From positions 192,001 to 256,000 of IMG/VR virus record IMGVR_UViG_3300045988_173726: a stretch of 64,000 nucleotides of DNA; one strand, 5' to 3'. The stretch is from a virus. The translations under genes were made by a program, and so were the position numbers. Below are positions 1-7,865 of this stretch, piece by piece. Under the pieces are notes generated by a model, which saw only the letters and a program-made list of their open reading frames with translations, was not told the origin of the DNA and searched no databases. Position 1 is the first letter of the stretch; every line of letters begins with the position of its first letter.

Positions 1-555
1 TTCACTGCAATTTCATTTGTGGCAGTAATTGCTTGCATAGTTGTAACGTTGGACTGGTATCAGAGTTTTAGCCTATTAAGCAGTGCCGAGAAGTCACTGT
101 CATCCGTAGCATCCAATATTACAGTACAGCCAGCACAGGTTTCATTGAGTTTAGCGACAGATTCTTTCGTTTATGATGAGCAGGGAGGCTCGGTAGTCGG
201 GGATTCTTTGATGTCGTTTAATGCAGGGAGTAATGAATTAAATTTTGGTGTGAGTTATCCTATTAATTCGGGGAAGCAGAAGTCTGTCAAGGTTAGTTTA
301 TCTGGTAAGCGGGATGGTGCTAAGTATCTGTTTACTGTTAAGAAAGCACGCATGATTAAGTCGGTTGAGTTTCAAGTGTCTGGATTAGATAATTCGCTTA
401 ACTGGTATTTGGACGGCAAGCGTGTAATTCCTTCCGATGACGGAATACTTTCGACATCCTATGAGTTTCGGCAGGGGAAATGGTATATCATTTTGATGGG
501 ATACAATAGTGTAGATGGCTCGGTGAGTGACGGAGTTATCATAAAGATTGTGTAG
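1..555 (+). CDS. single-pass membrane protein, member M1 of the 'TM + SGL beta-module' paralog family (5' end may lie upstream of the window)
   Basis: The frame is open from nt 1. The N-terminus is hydrophobic (FTAISFVAVIACIVVTL). The ectodomain aligns by eye with ORF 3808-4410 (NITVQPAQVSLSLATDSFVYDEQGGSVVGDSL vs SIVIQPTTVSLRLPKDSFVYGEHGGSVIGDSL; FQVSGLDNSLNWYLDGKR vs FRVSGLDTSLVWYADGKR). Confidence 0.6.
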   Translation, partial: FTAISFVAVIACIVVTLDWYQSFSLLSSAEKSLSSVASNITVQPAQVSLSLATDSFVYDEQGGSVVGDSLMSFNAGSNELNFGVSYPINSGKQKSVKVSLSGKRDGAKYLFTVKKARMIKSVEFQVSGLDNSLNWYLDGKRVIPSDDGILSTSYEFRQGKWYIILMGYNSVDGSVSDGVIIKIV

Positions 556-589
556 GGTGTCAACCAAAAACACACAGAAAGGTCTACAA

Positions 590-2662
590 ATGGCAGGCTC
601 AATCGAAGAACAGGTCGAGGGATATTACAAGAACCTCTTAAAAGGTTTAGGGGTTCGCTATTATGCAAAGACGGAAGAAGTGAATAGCAAAATCACAGAG
701 GCGTTGAAAAATAGCGTTTCTAAGGGTGGTGGTTCGGGTATGAATTACCCCGACATCAAACTCTTGCTCGAAAATTCCACGCGCCGTGATATTCCCGTCA
801 TGATTGAAGTAAAGGGAACTTTCGGTAAACTTGAAAAAGTTGACAAAAATGGTGAACTTATCGGAGTAACCCCTTGGGCGAGTGATGGTAAAGCCGGGAA
901 AGACGGAAAGCCTACGCATTTCAAAGGTGACCCAAACTATAGCGTTGTCAAAAGCTTTGCTGTAAATGGAGCGATGCACTATGGTTCAGCCATTTTAGAC
1001 GGTGGGTATGACGAAGTAATCATCGTTGGTGTCAATGGTTGCGAGTTAAAAGACGGTCAAGTTGTAAACCCGGAATGCAAGGCTTATTACGTTTCCAAGA
1101 AGAACAACTGCATTCCAAAAATTATTTCTGAAATTACAGCCGAGGATTGGAGTTTGTTTGCTCATGTTGATGACTTATTTGAGCGTTTAGACCAGTTGAA
1201 TTTGTCGGAAGCAGAGATTGAAGCTTTGACTAATAAGACCGAGGCGACACTTGAAGAGAAAATCAAACGGATTCACCAAAGTTTATATGACGATGTTCAA
1301 CTAAAGACAGCGCTTACGACAAATGAAAAGCTGTATCTTTTCTGTGGATTGATTATGGCAGGGTTGAAAACCGATGGCGTTCGTACGTTAGAGGTTAGTG
1401 ACTTGCATTCCAATAACAGTGACCATAACAATGACGGAACGGTTATTCTTAGCAACATTGAGAGCTTTTTGTACGCTAAAAACGCAAGTGTTGAGAAGGT
1501 GCAGCTGATTTCCGGCTTGTTGCGGGGTGTATTCACGAAAGCGGTTTTATGGAAACCGAAGAATGGTGAGAGTTTACTCAAAGTTTTGTTCCATCAAGTG
1601 AAAGTAGACATTATTCCACTGCTCGAAAGTAAACTGCATTTGGACTTTACGGGGCGCATTTTGAATTCCCTTAACGATTGGGTGTCGATTGACAATGACG
1701 CGGCAAATGATGTGGTTTTGACCCCTCGCTACGTCACGCAATTTATGGCGAAATGTGCCCGCACGAACAAGGATTCCTTTGTTTGGGATAAAGCGATGGG
1801 GTCGGCTGGCTTCTTGGTTTCGGCTATGGACGTGATGATTAAGGATGCTCGTGAAACGATTGCAAATCCCGAGGAGTTAGCCAAAAAAATCAAACATATC
1901 AAAGAAAACCAACTCTTAGGGATTGAAATATTGGGGAACATCTACATTCTAGCCGTTCTCAACATGATTTTGATGGGTGACGGTTCATCCTCGGTTCTCC
2001 AAGGGGATTCTCATGACTATGTTTTGTCTAAAGATTTTCCGGCAAATGTCTTTTTGCTGAATCCTCCGTATAGCGCTCAAGGGAAGGGTTTCAACTTTGT
2101 GGAAGAAGCCTTTAGCCAGATGACGCATGGTTACGGTGCTATTCTCATTCAAGACAGTGCAGGAAACGGTCAAGGTTTGCCATATACGGAACGCATTTTG
2201 CGGAACAATACGCTAGAAGCATCCATTAAAATGCCCTCGGGTTTATTTGGGAATAAGGCGAGCGTGTCGGTTTGTATCTTCGTCTTTAAGGTTGGTCGTC
2301 CACATGAAGCAGATGACTTAGTGACTTTTATTGATATGAGCGAGGATGGCTATAGCCGTCTCAATCGTAAGAAGTCAACGCAGGACACGAATCTGCGCGA
2401 CACAGATGACGCAACGGGTCGTTATGAAGAGGTCTTAGCTCGTGTGCTGGGTAAAAAACCAAAAACAACTTATTACACAGAGAGTAACGGTAAGGTCATT
2501 CATGACACTATTAGCTTGAATGGTGATGATTGGCTGTTTGTACAACACCAGAGCTTAGACACTGTACCAACAGAAGCCGATTTCAAAGCGGTGGTTGCTG
2601 ACTATTTGAGTTGGAAGGTTGCTTCGTTGATGAGGGGCGGTAATAGGGATGGTGAAGTTTAA
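590..2662 (+). CDS. gamma-class N6-adenine DNA methyltransferase with an N-terminal PD-(D/E)xK-like region (BcgI-A-like type IIB / IIG-like R-M subunit)
   Basis: ORF 548-2662; ATG 590 (MAGSIEEQ) follows GAAAGG. MTase motif I-like DKAMGSAGFLVSAM and motif IV LLNPPYS are present. About 400 extra N-terminal residues contain NYPD-x19-IEVKG. An overlapping HsdS-like gene follows and no HsdR is visible. Confidence 0.75.
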   Translation: MAGSIEEQVEGYYKNLLKGLGVRYYAKTEEVNSKITEALKNSVSKGGGSGMNYPDIKLLLENSTRRDIPVMIEVKGTFGKLEKVDKNGELIGVTPWASDGKAGKDGKPTHFKGDPNYSVVKSFAVNGAMHYGSAILDGGYDEVIIVGVNGCELKDGQVVNPECKAYYVSKKNNCIPKIISEITAEDWSLFAHVDDLFERLDQLNLSEAEIEALTNKTEATLEEKIKRIHQSLYDDVQLKTALTTNEKLYLFCGLIMAGLKTDGVRTLEVSDLHSNNSDHNNDGTVILSNIESFLYAKNASVEKVQLISGLLRGVFTKAVLWKPKNGESLLKVLFHQVKVDIIPLLESKLHLDFTGRILNSLNDWVSIDNDAANDVVLTPRYVTQFMAKCARTNKDSFVWDKAMGSAGFLVSAMDVMIKDARETIANPEELAKKIKHIKENQLLGIEILGNIYILAVLNMILMGDGSSSVLQGDSHDYVLSKDFPANVFLLNPPYSAQGKGFNFVEEAFSQMTHGYGAILIQDSAGNGQGLPYTERILRNNTLEASIKMPSGLFGNKASVSVCIFVFKVGRPHEADDLVTFIDMSEDGYSRLNRKKSTQDTNLRDTDDATGRYEEVLARVLGKKPKTTYYTESNGKVIHDTISLNGDDWLFVQHQSLDTVPTEADFKAVVADYLSWKVASLMRGGNRDGEV

Positions 2663-3785
2663 GGAGTTTAAGGTCGGGGAGCTGTTTGAGGTGGTAGGCA
2701 ACAAACAAGTGAAGAGCCAGAAAAATATTGTTGCGCGTGATGATGGAATTCCTTTTGTAGTCCAATCAACTAAAAACAATATGGTAAAGTGCCATGTTGA
2801 CCGTGAAAGATTATTAGCCGGTGGTGAGACAGTTTATGAAGGGAACGCGATTGTGTTAGGCGTTGTATCACCTGTTGCGTCTTACCAAGAGACAGAGTTT
2901 GGGGCTAGTCAATCAATTAGTTTGAGAGCTGATTTTTTGAACCCTACGAGAGGGTTATATCTTGTTACAGTGATTAGAAAAGTGATTGAATCCAAATATT
3001 CGTATACAAATTTACCTGGAATCGAAAAATACAAGCAAGATGTGATTCAGCTCCCAGTCAAGCCCGACACTGATGAATCAGATTACACCGAAGCTGACAT
3101 TGACTGGGACTATATGGAGTCCTACATTCACGAATTAGAGGAGTCCTACATTCACGAATTAGACGTTTATCTCAAAGAGACAGGCTTGGATGACTATAGG
3201 TTGACGGATGCCGAGAGAGATGTTATAGGACGTGCGCCTGTGTTTAGAGAGTTTAAGGTCGGGGAGTTGTTTGATGTAACTCAAGGACGACGGTTAAAAA
3301 AGTCAGATTTCGAGAATGGCAATATACCTTTTGTCATGGCAAGTTCTAAAAACAATGGTGTTGTTGCCTATCTATCCAATCCAGTGAACACTAATACGAA
3401 TTTTATCACGGCTGATATTTTAGGGAACGTCTTTTATCAAGATGGTTTGGTTGGGTTTGGTGATGATAATTGCGGGTTGAAGCTCAAAGACGGTAATGAA
3501 TCGGAATCTGTCTATTTATACTTGGCTTGCGCCATTTCACGGTTTAAGTCGATAGCATCATATGGGAATAAATTACGCGGTAAATGGTATAATGAGCAGT
3601 TTATTCAACTCCCAGTCAAGCCAGACACCGATGAAAACAATTATAGTGACTCCGACATTGATTGGGAGTATATGGAGTCCTACATTCGCGTCATGGAAAA
3701 ACAAGTCATCGCTGACGTTGTTGACTACAAAAATGCGGTCATTGAAAACACAAAGAAAATTGTCTCTGGGGCTGGGTTATCATAG
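2649..3785 (+). CDS. R-M specificity subunit (HsdS / BcgI-B-like) with two target-recognition domains
   Basis: The protein shows a two-fold internal repeat. FKEFKVGELFEVV at the N-terminus recurs as FREFKVGELFDVT mid-protein. IQLPVKPDTDESDYTEADIDWDYMESYIHELE recurs as IQLPVKPDTDENNYSDSDIDWEYMESYIRVME. The gene overlaps the MTase gene by 14 nt. Confidence 0.85.
   Translation: MVKFKEFKVGELFEVVGNKQVKSQKNIVARDDGIPFVVQSTKNNMVKCHVDRERLLAGGETVYEGNAIVLGVVSPVASYQETEFGASQSISLRADFLNPTRGLYLVTVIRKVIESKYSYTNLPGIEKYKQDVIQLPVKPDTDESDYTEADIDWDYMESYIHELEESYIHELDVYLKETGLDDYRLTDAERDVIGRAPVFREFKVGELFDVTQGRRLKKSDFENGNIPFVMASSKNNGVVAYLSNPVNTNTNFITADILGNVFYQDGLVGFGDDNCGLKLKDGNESESVYLYLACAISRFKSIASYGNKLRGKWYNEQFIQLPVKPDTDENNYSDSDIDWEYMESYIRVMEKQVIADVVDYKNAVIENTKKIVSGAGLS
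3117..3164 (+). repeat. perfect-but-one tandem 24-bp duplication (2 x ESYIHEL[E/D]) in the central conserved region of the S subunit
   Basis: gagtcctacattcacgaattagag is followed directly by gagtcctacattcacgaattagac. The equivalent C-terminal conserved region carries only one copy (ESYIRVME). Confidence 0.95.
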
Positions 3786-3807
3786 GGGTTGTATAGAGGG
3801 TGTTGTA

Positions 3808-4410
3808 ATGGATTTCGAAGCTAACGCAGGTAAGGATAACGAACAGAGTTCGAGTATTAATAACTTGATATTTTATTCTGGAATAGTTCTTGTAGTAAGT
3901 GCGTTCATATTGCCTGTATTTGTGCATATGATTGCCAGTGACCGAGCTAATAGAATGACTAAATTGGTATCGTCAACGCAGTCTAGCATTGTAATACAGC
4001 CAACAACTGTGTCTCTACGATTACCTAAAGACTCGTTTGTGTACGGAGAGCATGGTGGGTCAGTAATAGGGGATTCTCTAATAGCGTTTAACGATGGGAG
4101 TAACGATTTAAGTTTTCATGTGAGCTACCCGACTTTGGATGTACAAAAGTCGTTTACGGTTCATTTATTTGGCGCGTATGACCATATTACATATAAGCTT
4201 ACAACGGAAATGAACGGTTATGATTATGCTGTTGTTTCAGCTCGGTTTCGAGTTTCTGGCTTAGACACTTCATTGGTCTGGTATGCGGATGGAAAGCGTG
4301 AAGTTAGTAGCGGATTTGCAGAGGCGAGCGACATGGTTTATTTGACTGGATATAGTGGAGTTGATAACTCATTGTGCGGTGGGGCTATAGTAAAATATGC
4401 CTGCAAATGA
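3808..4410 (+). CDS. single-pass membrane protein, family member M2
   Basis: ATG 3808 (MDFEANAG) is the first start downstream of the HsdS stop. TM segment: LIFYSGIVLVVSAFILPVFVHMI. Paralog of ORF 1-555. The upstream part of track ORF 3562-4410 overlaps hsdS out of frame and was discarded. Confidence 0.7.
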   Translation: MDFEANAGKDNEQSSSINNLIFYSGIVLVVSAFILPVFVHMIASDRANRMTKLVSSTQSSIVIQPTTVSLRLPKDSFVYGEHGGSVIGDSLIAFNDGSNDLSFHVSYPTLDVQKSFTVHLFGAYDHITYKLTTEMNGYDYAVVSARFRVSGLDTSLVWYADGKREVSSGFAEASDMVYLTGYSGVDNSLCGGAIVKYACK

Positions 4411-4543
4411 GCGCCGAGAAGCCCCTATACGGGCGTCTAATCTTTAGGCGGTAAAGGTATCAATGGAAGCCCTATCGTGTCTCTACGGGGCGCGTGGTGT
4501 GCGAGAGAGGCAATCTAGGTTTAGTTTATACGGGAGGATAGAG

Positions 4544-6703
4544 ATGGCAGAGGTCAGTCAAAATTTTTACACATCGGATTCGATTAAGTCCTTAAAGGGT
4601 GCAGAGCCGTATCGTTTGCGTCCAGAGACAGTGCTTGGGACGAAGGACGAGAACGGTGTGCTTCATGCGGAGTTTGAGGTATTGTCGAATGCGACCGATG
4701 AGGTGCGAGAGGGTCATTCGGACAAGGTGATTGTTCGGACATTTAAGGACGGAGCGATTGAGATACAGGATTTCGGTCGCGGCGTGCCTATGGGGTGGAA
4801 TGAGGCAGAGGGGAAGTATGCGTATGAGTTAATCTTCTGTACGATGTATGCCTCGGGAAAGTATGACGCTTCAAACTATAGCCGTTCAGCGGGCTTAAAC
4901 GGTATCGGAGACACGGCGGCGCAGTTTACTTCGGAGTATATGGATGTGGAGTCGGTGCGTGACGAGCATAAGAATGTCGTGTTTAACGGTGATGGCAGTG
5001 TGAAGTCGTTTGATACGGTGAGAACGCGCTATACGATGCGCTTTGAGAAGGGTTATCCCGTAGGGGAGTTGCAGATAGAAGAGGGCGTTGAACAGCATAC
5101 AGGGACTAAGATTAAGTTTAAGCCCGATTTAGAAGAGGTTTTTAAGGACGCGCAGACGATTCATTTCGACATAAGCACATATCTTACGAGGCTTCGGCGG
5201 GATTCGATGCTAAGTGGGGCGCTTATGGAGCTTCACTACGAGGATATGAAGCCGATAGAGGTGTATTATCCAGACGGGGTGAAGAGTTGGCTTGACGAGA
5301 CTGTTCCTGTAGAGAGCCGATATACAAAGGATTTGTTATCGTTTAGTGGTTCTGGGACAGGTAAGGATAGCGATACAGCCTCGGCAGAGGAGTATACGGC
5401 GACTTACGATATAAATTTCGGGTTCAAGAAGTACTCTGCAAAGGTAGAAGTGGACGATGAGGGCGAGCAGAGTTCGGTTTACGAGGTTTATCATAACGGC
5501 GGTCTTTTGTCGGAGGGTGGTGCGCCGTCAGAGGGCTTTTATGACGCGGTGATTAATGTTCTAAACGGCTATGCAAGGTCTGTGGGCGTGCTATCCAAAA
5601 AAGATAGATTCAAGCGAGAGGATTTAAGCGGTGTTCTATTCGCGGTAGTGTCAACGGAGTGCCCTGGTTATCTTACGAACTACATGAACCAGACGAAAGT
5701 CGCAATCACGAACAGGTTTATCCGTAAGCTTGTAAGCGAGCAGACGAAGAAGTATTTTGAGAACTGGGTGCTTTCGCATAAGGCAGAGCTAGATGATGTC
5801 GTGCAGGCGGCGATTACAGCGAAGTCCGCGCGTGAGAAAGCGGATGCTGTGCGTCAAGCCGACTTAAAGCAGTTATCAAAGGGAGTAGACAGCTTTAGGA
5901 GTGCACCGGAGAAGCTTACGAGGTGTACTAGCAGGAAAGCAAGTGAGTGCGAGCTGTATATCGTAGAGGGGGATTCGGCAAAAGGACCAATCGTCTTAGC
6001 GCGTGATTCTAAGACGCAAGCGGTTTTGCCTGTGCGTGGAAAGATAATTAACTGCATTACGGCTAGTTTAGCAGAGATATTAAAGTCGGATGTAGTGCTT
6101 GCGCTCGTGCAGAGTATCGGGTGCGGTGTAGAGGCAAAGAGTAAGCTGTTAAAGGATTTGCCACAGTTTGATATTACAAAGCTAAACTACGATAAGATTA
6201 TCATTTGTACGGACGCGGATGATGACGGGTATCATATTCGATGCTTGGTTTTAACGGTGCTGTATAGGCTAATGCCGACACTGATTCGCGAGGGCAAGGT
6301 TTATATCGCGGAAACCCCCTTGTTTCTTATCGACACGCACGGCGGTAAGGGGAAGAAAGCTACGAAGTATGCGTATACGACAGCGGAGAAGGATAAGCTT
6401 GTAACGCGGCTCATTTTAGACGGGATAAAGGAGTCCGACATACTGGTAAAGCGGTTAAAGGGACTTGGCGAGACGAGTGCGGCGGTGATGCACACGACAA
6501 CGATGGATAAGAGGAATCGTCATTTAATACGGGTGACGATGGAGAATTTGCAGGAGTTTGCGTCACTTGCGGAAAGTCTGATGGGGACGGATGTTCCGAG
6601 CCGTAGAAGTTTGGTGGAAGCCTACTACGAGACAGATTTCGAGGAGATAGCATACGACACGGAAGAGGGATTGCCGAAGGTAGTCGATGCCGACCTTTTG
6701 TAA
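4544..6703 (+). CDS. type IIA DNA topoisomerase, ATPase/Toprim subunit (GyrB/ParE/T4 gp39-like)
   Basis: GGGAGG RBS before ATG 4544. GHKL ATPase motif GLNGIGDTAAQ; Toprim motif LYIVEGDSAKG; LPVRGKIIN; IICTDADDDGYHI. Confidence 0.9.
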   Translation: MAEVSQNFYTSDSIKSLKGAEPYRLRPETVLGTKDENGVLHAEFEVLSNATDEVREGHSDKVIVRTFKDGAIEIQDFGRGVPMGWNEAEGKYAYELIFCTMYASGKYDASNYSRSAGLNGIGDTAAQFTSEYMDVESVRDEHKNVVFNGDGSVKSFDTVRTRYTMRFEKGYPVGELQIEEGVEQHTGTKIKFKPDLEEVFKDAQTIHFDISTYLTRLRRDSMLSGALMELHYEDMKPIEVYYPDGVKSWLDETVPVESRYTKDLLSFSGSGTGKDSDTASAEEYTATYDINFGFKKYSAKVEVDDEGEQSSVYEVYHNGGLLSEGGAPSEGFYDAVINVLNGYARSVGVLSKKDRFKREDLSGVLFAVVSTECPGYLTNYMNQTKVAITNRFIRKLVSEQTKKYFENWVLSHKAELDDVVQAAITAKSAREKADAVRQADLKQLSKGVDSFRSAPEKLTRCTSRKASECELYIVEGDSAKGPIVLARDSKTQAVLPVRGKIINCITASLAEILKSDVVLALVQSIGCGVEAKSKLLKDLPQFDITKLNYDKIIICTDADDDGYHIRCLVLTVLYRLMPTLIREGKVYIAETPLFLIDTHGGKGKKATKYAYTTAEKDKLVTRLILDGIKESDILVKRLKGLGETSAAVMHTTTMDKRNRHLIRVTMENLQEFASLAESLMGTDVPSRRSLVEAYYETDFEEIAYDTEEGLPKVVDADLL

Positions 6704-6782
6704 GTCCGTTTGATTTGTAATCCTTAGATATACGGTGGTACCATTTGGCGTATCACCGTATATTTTAAGCGGAGGTATAGGT

Positions 6783-7739
6783 ATGCAAATAGAGTTGCGG
6801 GAAATCCCGAAGCGGATGCTTTACGAGGTCACACGGGTAAGACAGGTAGTTCGGTTTCGGATGCTTACAGATGCGGAGCAGATAGCGTATAAGTGTGATG
6901 TTTATACGGATATAGCGATTTTAGATGTGTCGGGGCGGCGTATTCTAAAGTTTATAAGTCGAAAGGAGCTTGTGCGGGAATATAGGACAGCGCTTGGGAA
7001 GAAGATTAGGCTTATAGGCTTGCACTATCGAAAGACATATTTGGCAGTGCAGGAGGATAATCGGACGCTGTATGCTACAAAGGTAAAGGGGAATCATACG
7101 CTGACGGTACGGGGACGGGCTGTGCCGAGAGATACGCTTATCGTGTTTTCCTTGGTGGGAGACGCGATAGACTATAATAGCCTTGAGTTTTATACGGGTC
7201 GCACGGGAGAGATGCTGTTTAAGAAGCAGTATCATATCGTGGGTCGAGTAAGGGGAGCAGAGGCGATGCGCTCTGTAAAGTCCGTAAAGTCTACGCCGTC
7301 CGTTACGCCTACGGGAGCGCCTGTGATAAGCGTATATACGGGTGAGCGCGGAGAGCTTGATGAGATTCGGGCATTGCAGGAAGAGAGAAGTCGGGTAGAG
7401 AGTACAAAGGTCTGGAGTCCGACTGACAGCAAAGAAGAGGACGAGTTAAAGACAGCGCCGTATGTAGTCGTGTATAAGCTACTTCGGGGTGGTAAGAGTC
7501 TGGTCGGGTTTATTGTGCGTGACACGCGGTTGAATCCAGATGAGAGTAGTCTTACGCTCGGGAAAGGCGATAAGCCTGTTAATCTTAGTATGGCAAAGGA
7601 ACTCTGTATCAGTAAGCAGATACGGAATATGACGATAGGAGTTCGGAAAGAGAACAATAAGGTGTTCTTTAGAGGAGTCGGGATAAGACTTGAAAATGTT
7701 CCGCAGTTTCCAGTCGAGCGGTTAAGCGGAAGGAAGTAA
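6783..7739 (+). CDS. hypothetical protein located between the two topoisomerase subunit genes
   Basis: GGAGG RBS before ATG 6783 (MQIELREIPK); long ORF in the coding strand orientation. No recognisable catalytic motif. It carries the small recurrent 'GF-x-V-x-D ... L-x-x-x-x-I-x-N' module seen in several other ORFs here. Confidence 0.6.
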   Translation: MQIELREIPKRMLYEVTRVRQVVRFRMLTDAEQIAYKCDVYTDIAILDVSGRRILKFISRKELVREYRTALGKKIRLIGLHYRKTYLAVQEDNRTLYATKVKGNHTLTVRGRAVPRDTLIVFSLVGDAIDYNSLEFYTGRTGEMLFKKQYHIVGRVRGAEAMRSVKSVKSTPSVTPTGAPVISVYTGERGELDEIRALQEERSRVESTKVWSPTDSKEEDELKTAPYVVVYKLLRGGKSLVGFIVRDTRLNPDESSLTLGKGDKPVNLSMAKELCISKQIRNMTIGVRKENNKVFFRGVGIRLENVPQFPVERLSGRK

Positions 7740-7865
7740 ATACCAGCCAGTCTCAAATTGGTTTTAGCTTAAATCGTCATACTTTACAAAAAGTAAAACA
7801 GTACACAGGACTTCTTACGATTAGAAATTTTATTTAAGGATTTTCAGAAGGGTGCGTGAAGAGAG

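Noticed and set aside
548-2662. Classifying the MTase/S pair as a classical type I system (HsdM/HsdS).
   Set aside because: No HsdR-like helicase-nuclease is present on either side. The MTase also carries a large extra N-terminal region with a PD...EVK signature, so a BcgI-like or orphan-MTase interpretation fits better. The question remains unproven.
3562-3807. The upstream extension of the M2 gene as given by the track (start at 3562).
   Set aside because: It overlaps the 3' end of the HsdS-like gene in another frame. The paralog alignment and the hydrophobic N-terminus begin at ATG 3808.
7232-7756. Long minus-strand ORFs, e.g. 7232-7756, 8120-8530, 19718-20026, 53687-54085, 55616-56044, 60430-60774 and 62308-62730.
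   Set aside because: All are antisense to plus-strand genes with strong motif or RBS support. Their products are low-complexity (Ser/Leu/Pro/Arg-rich) and have no RBS. The window appears to be transcribed in one direction only.
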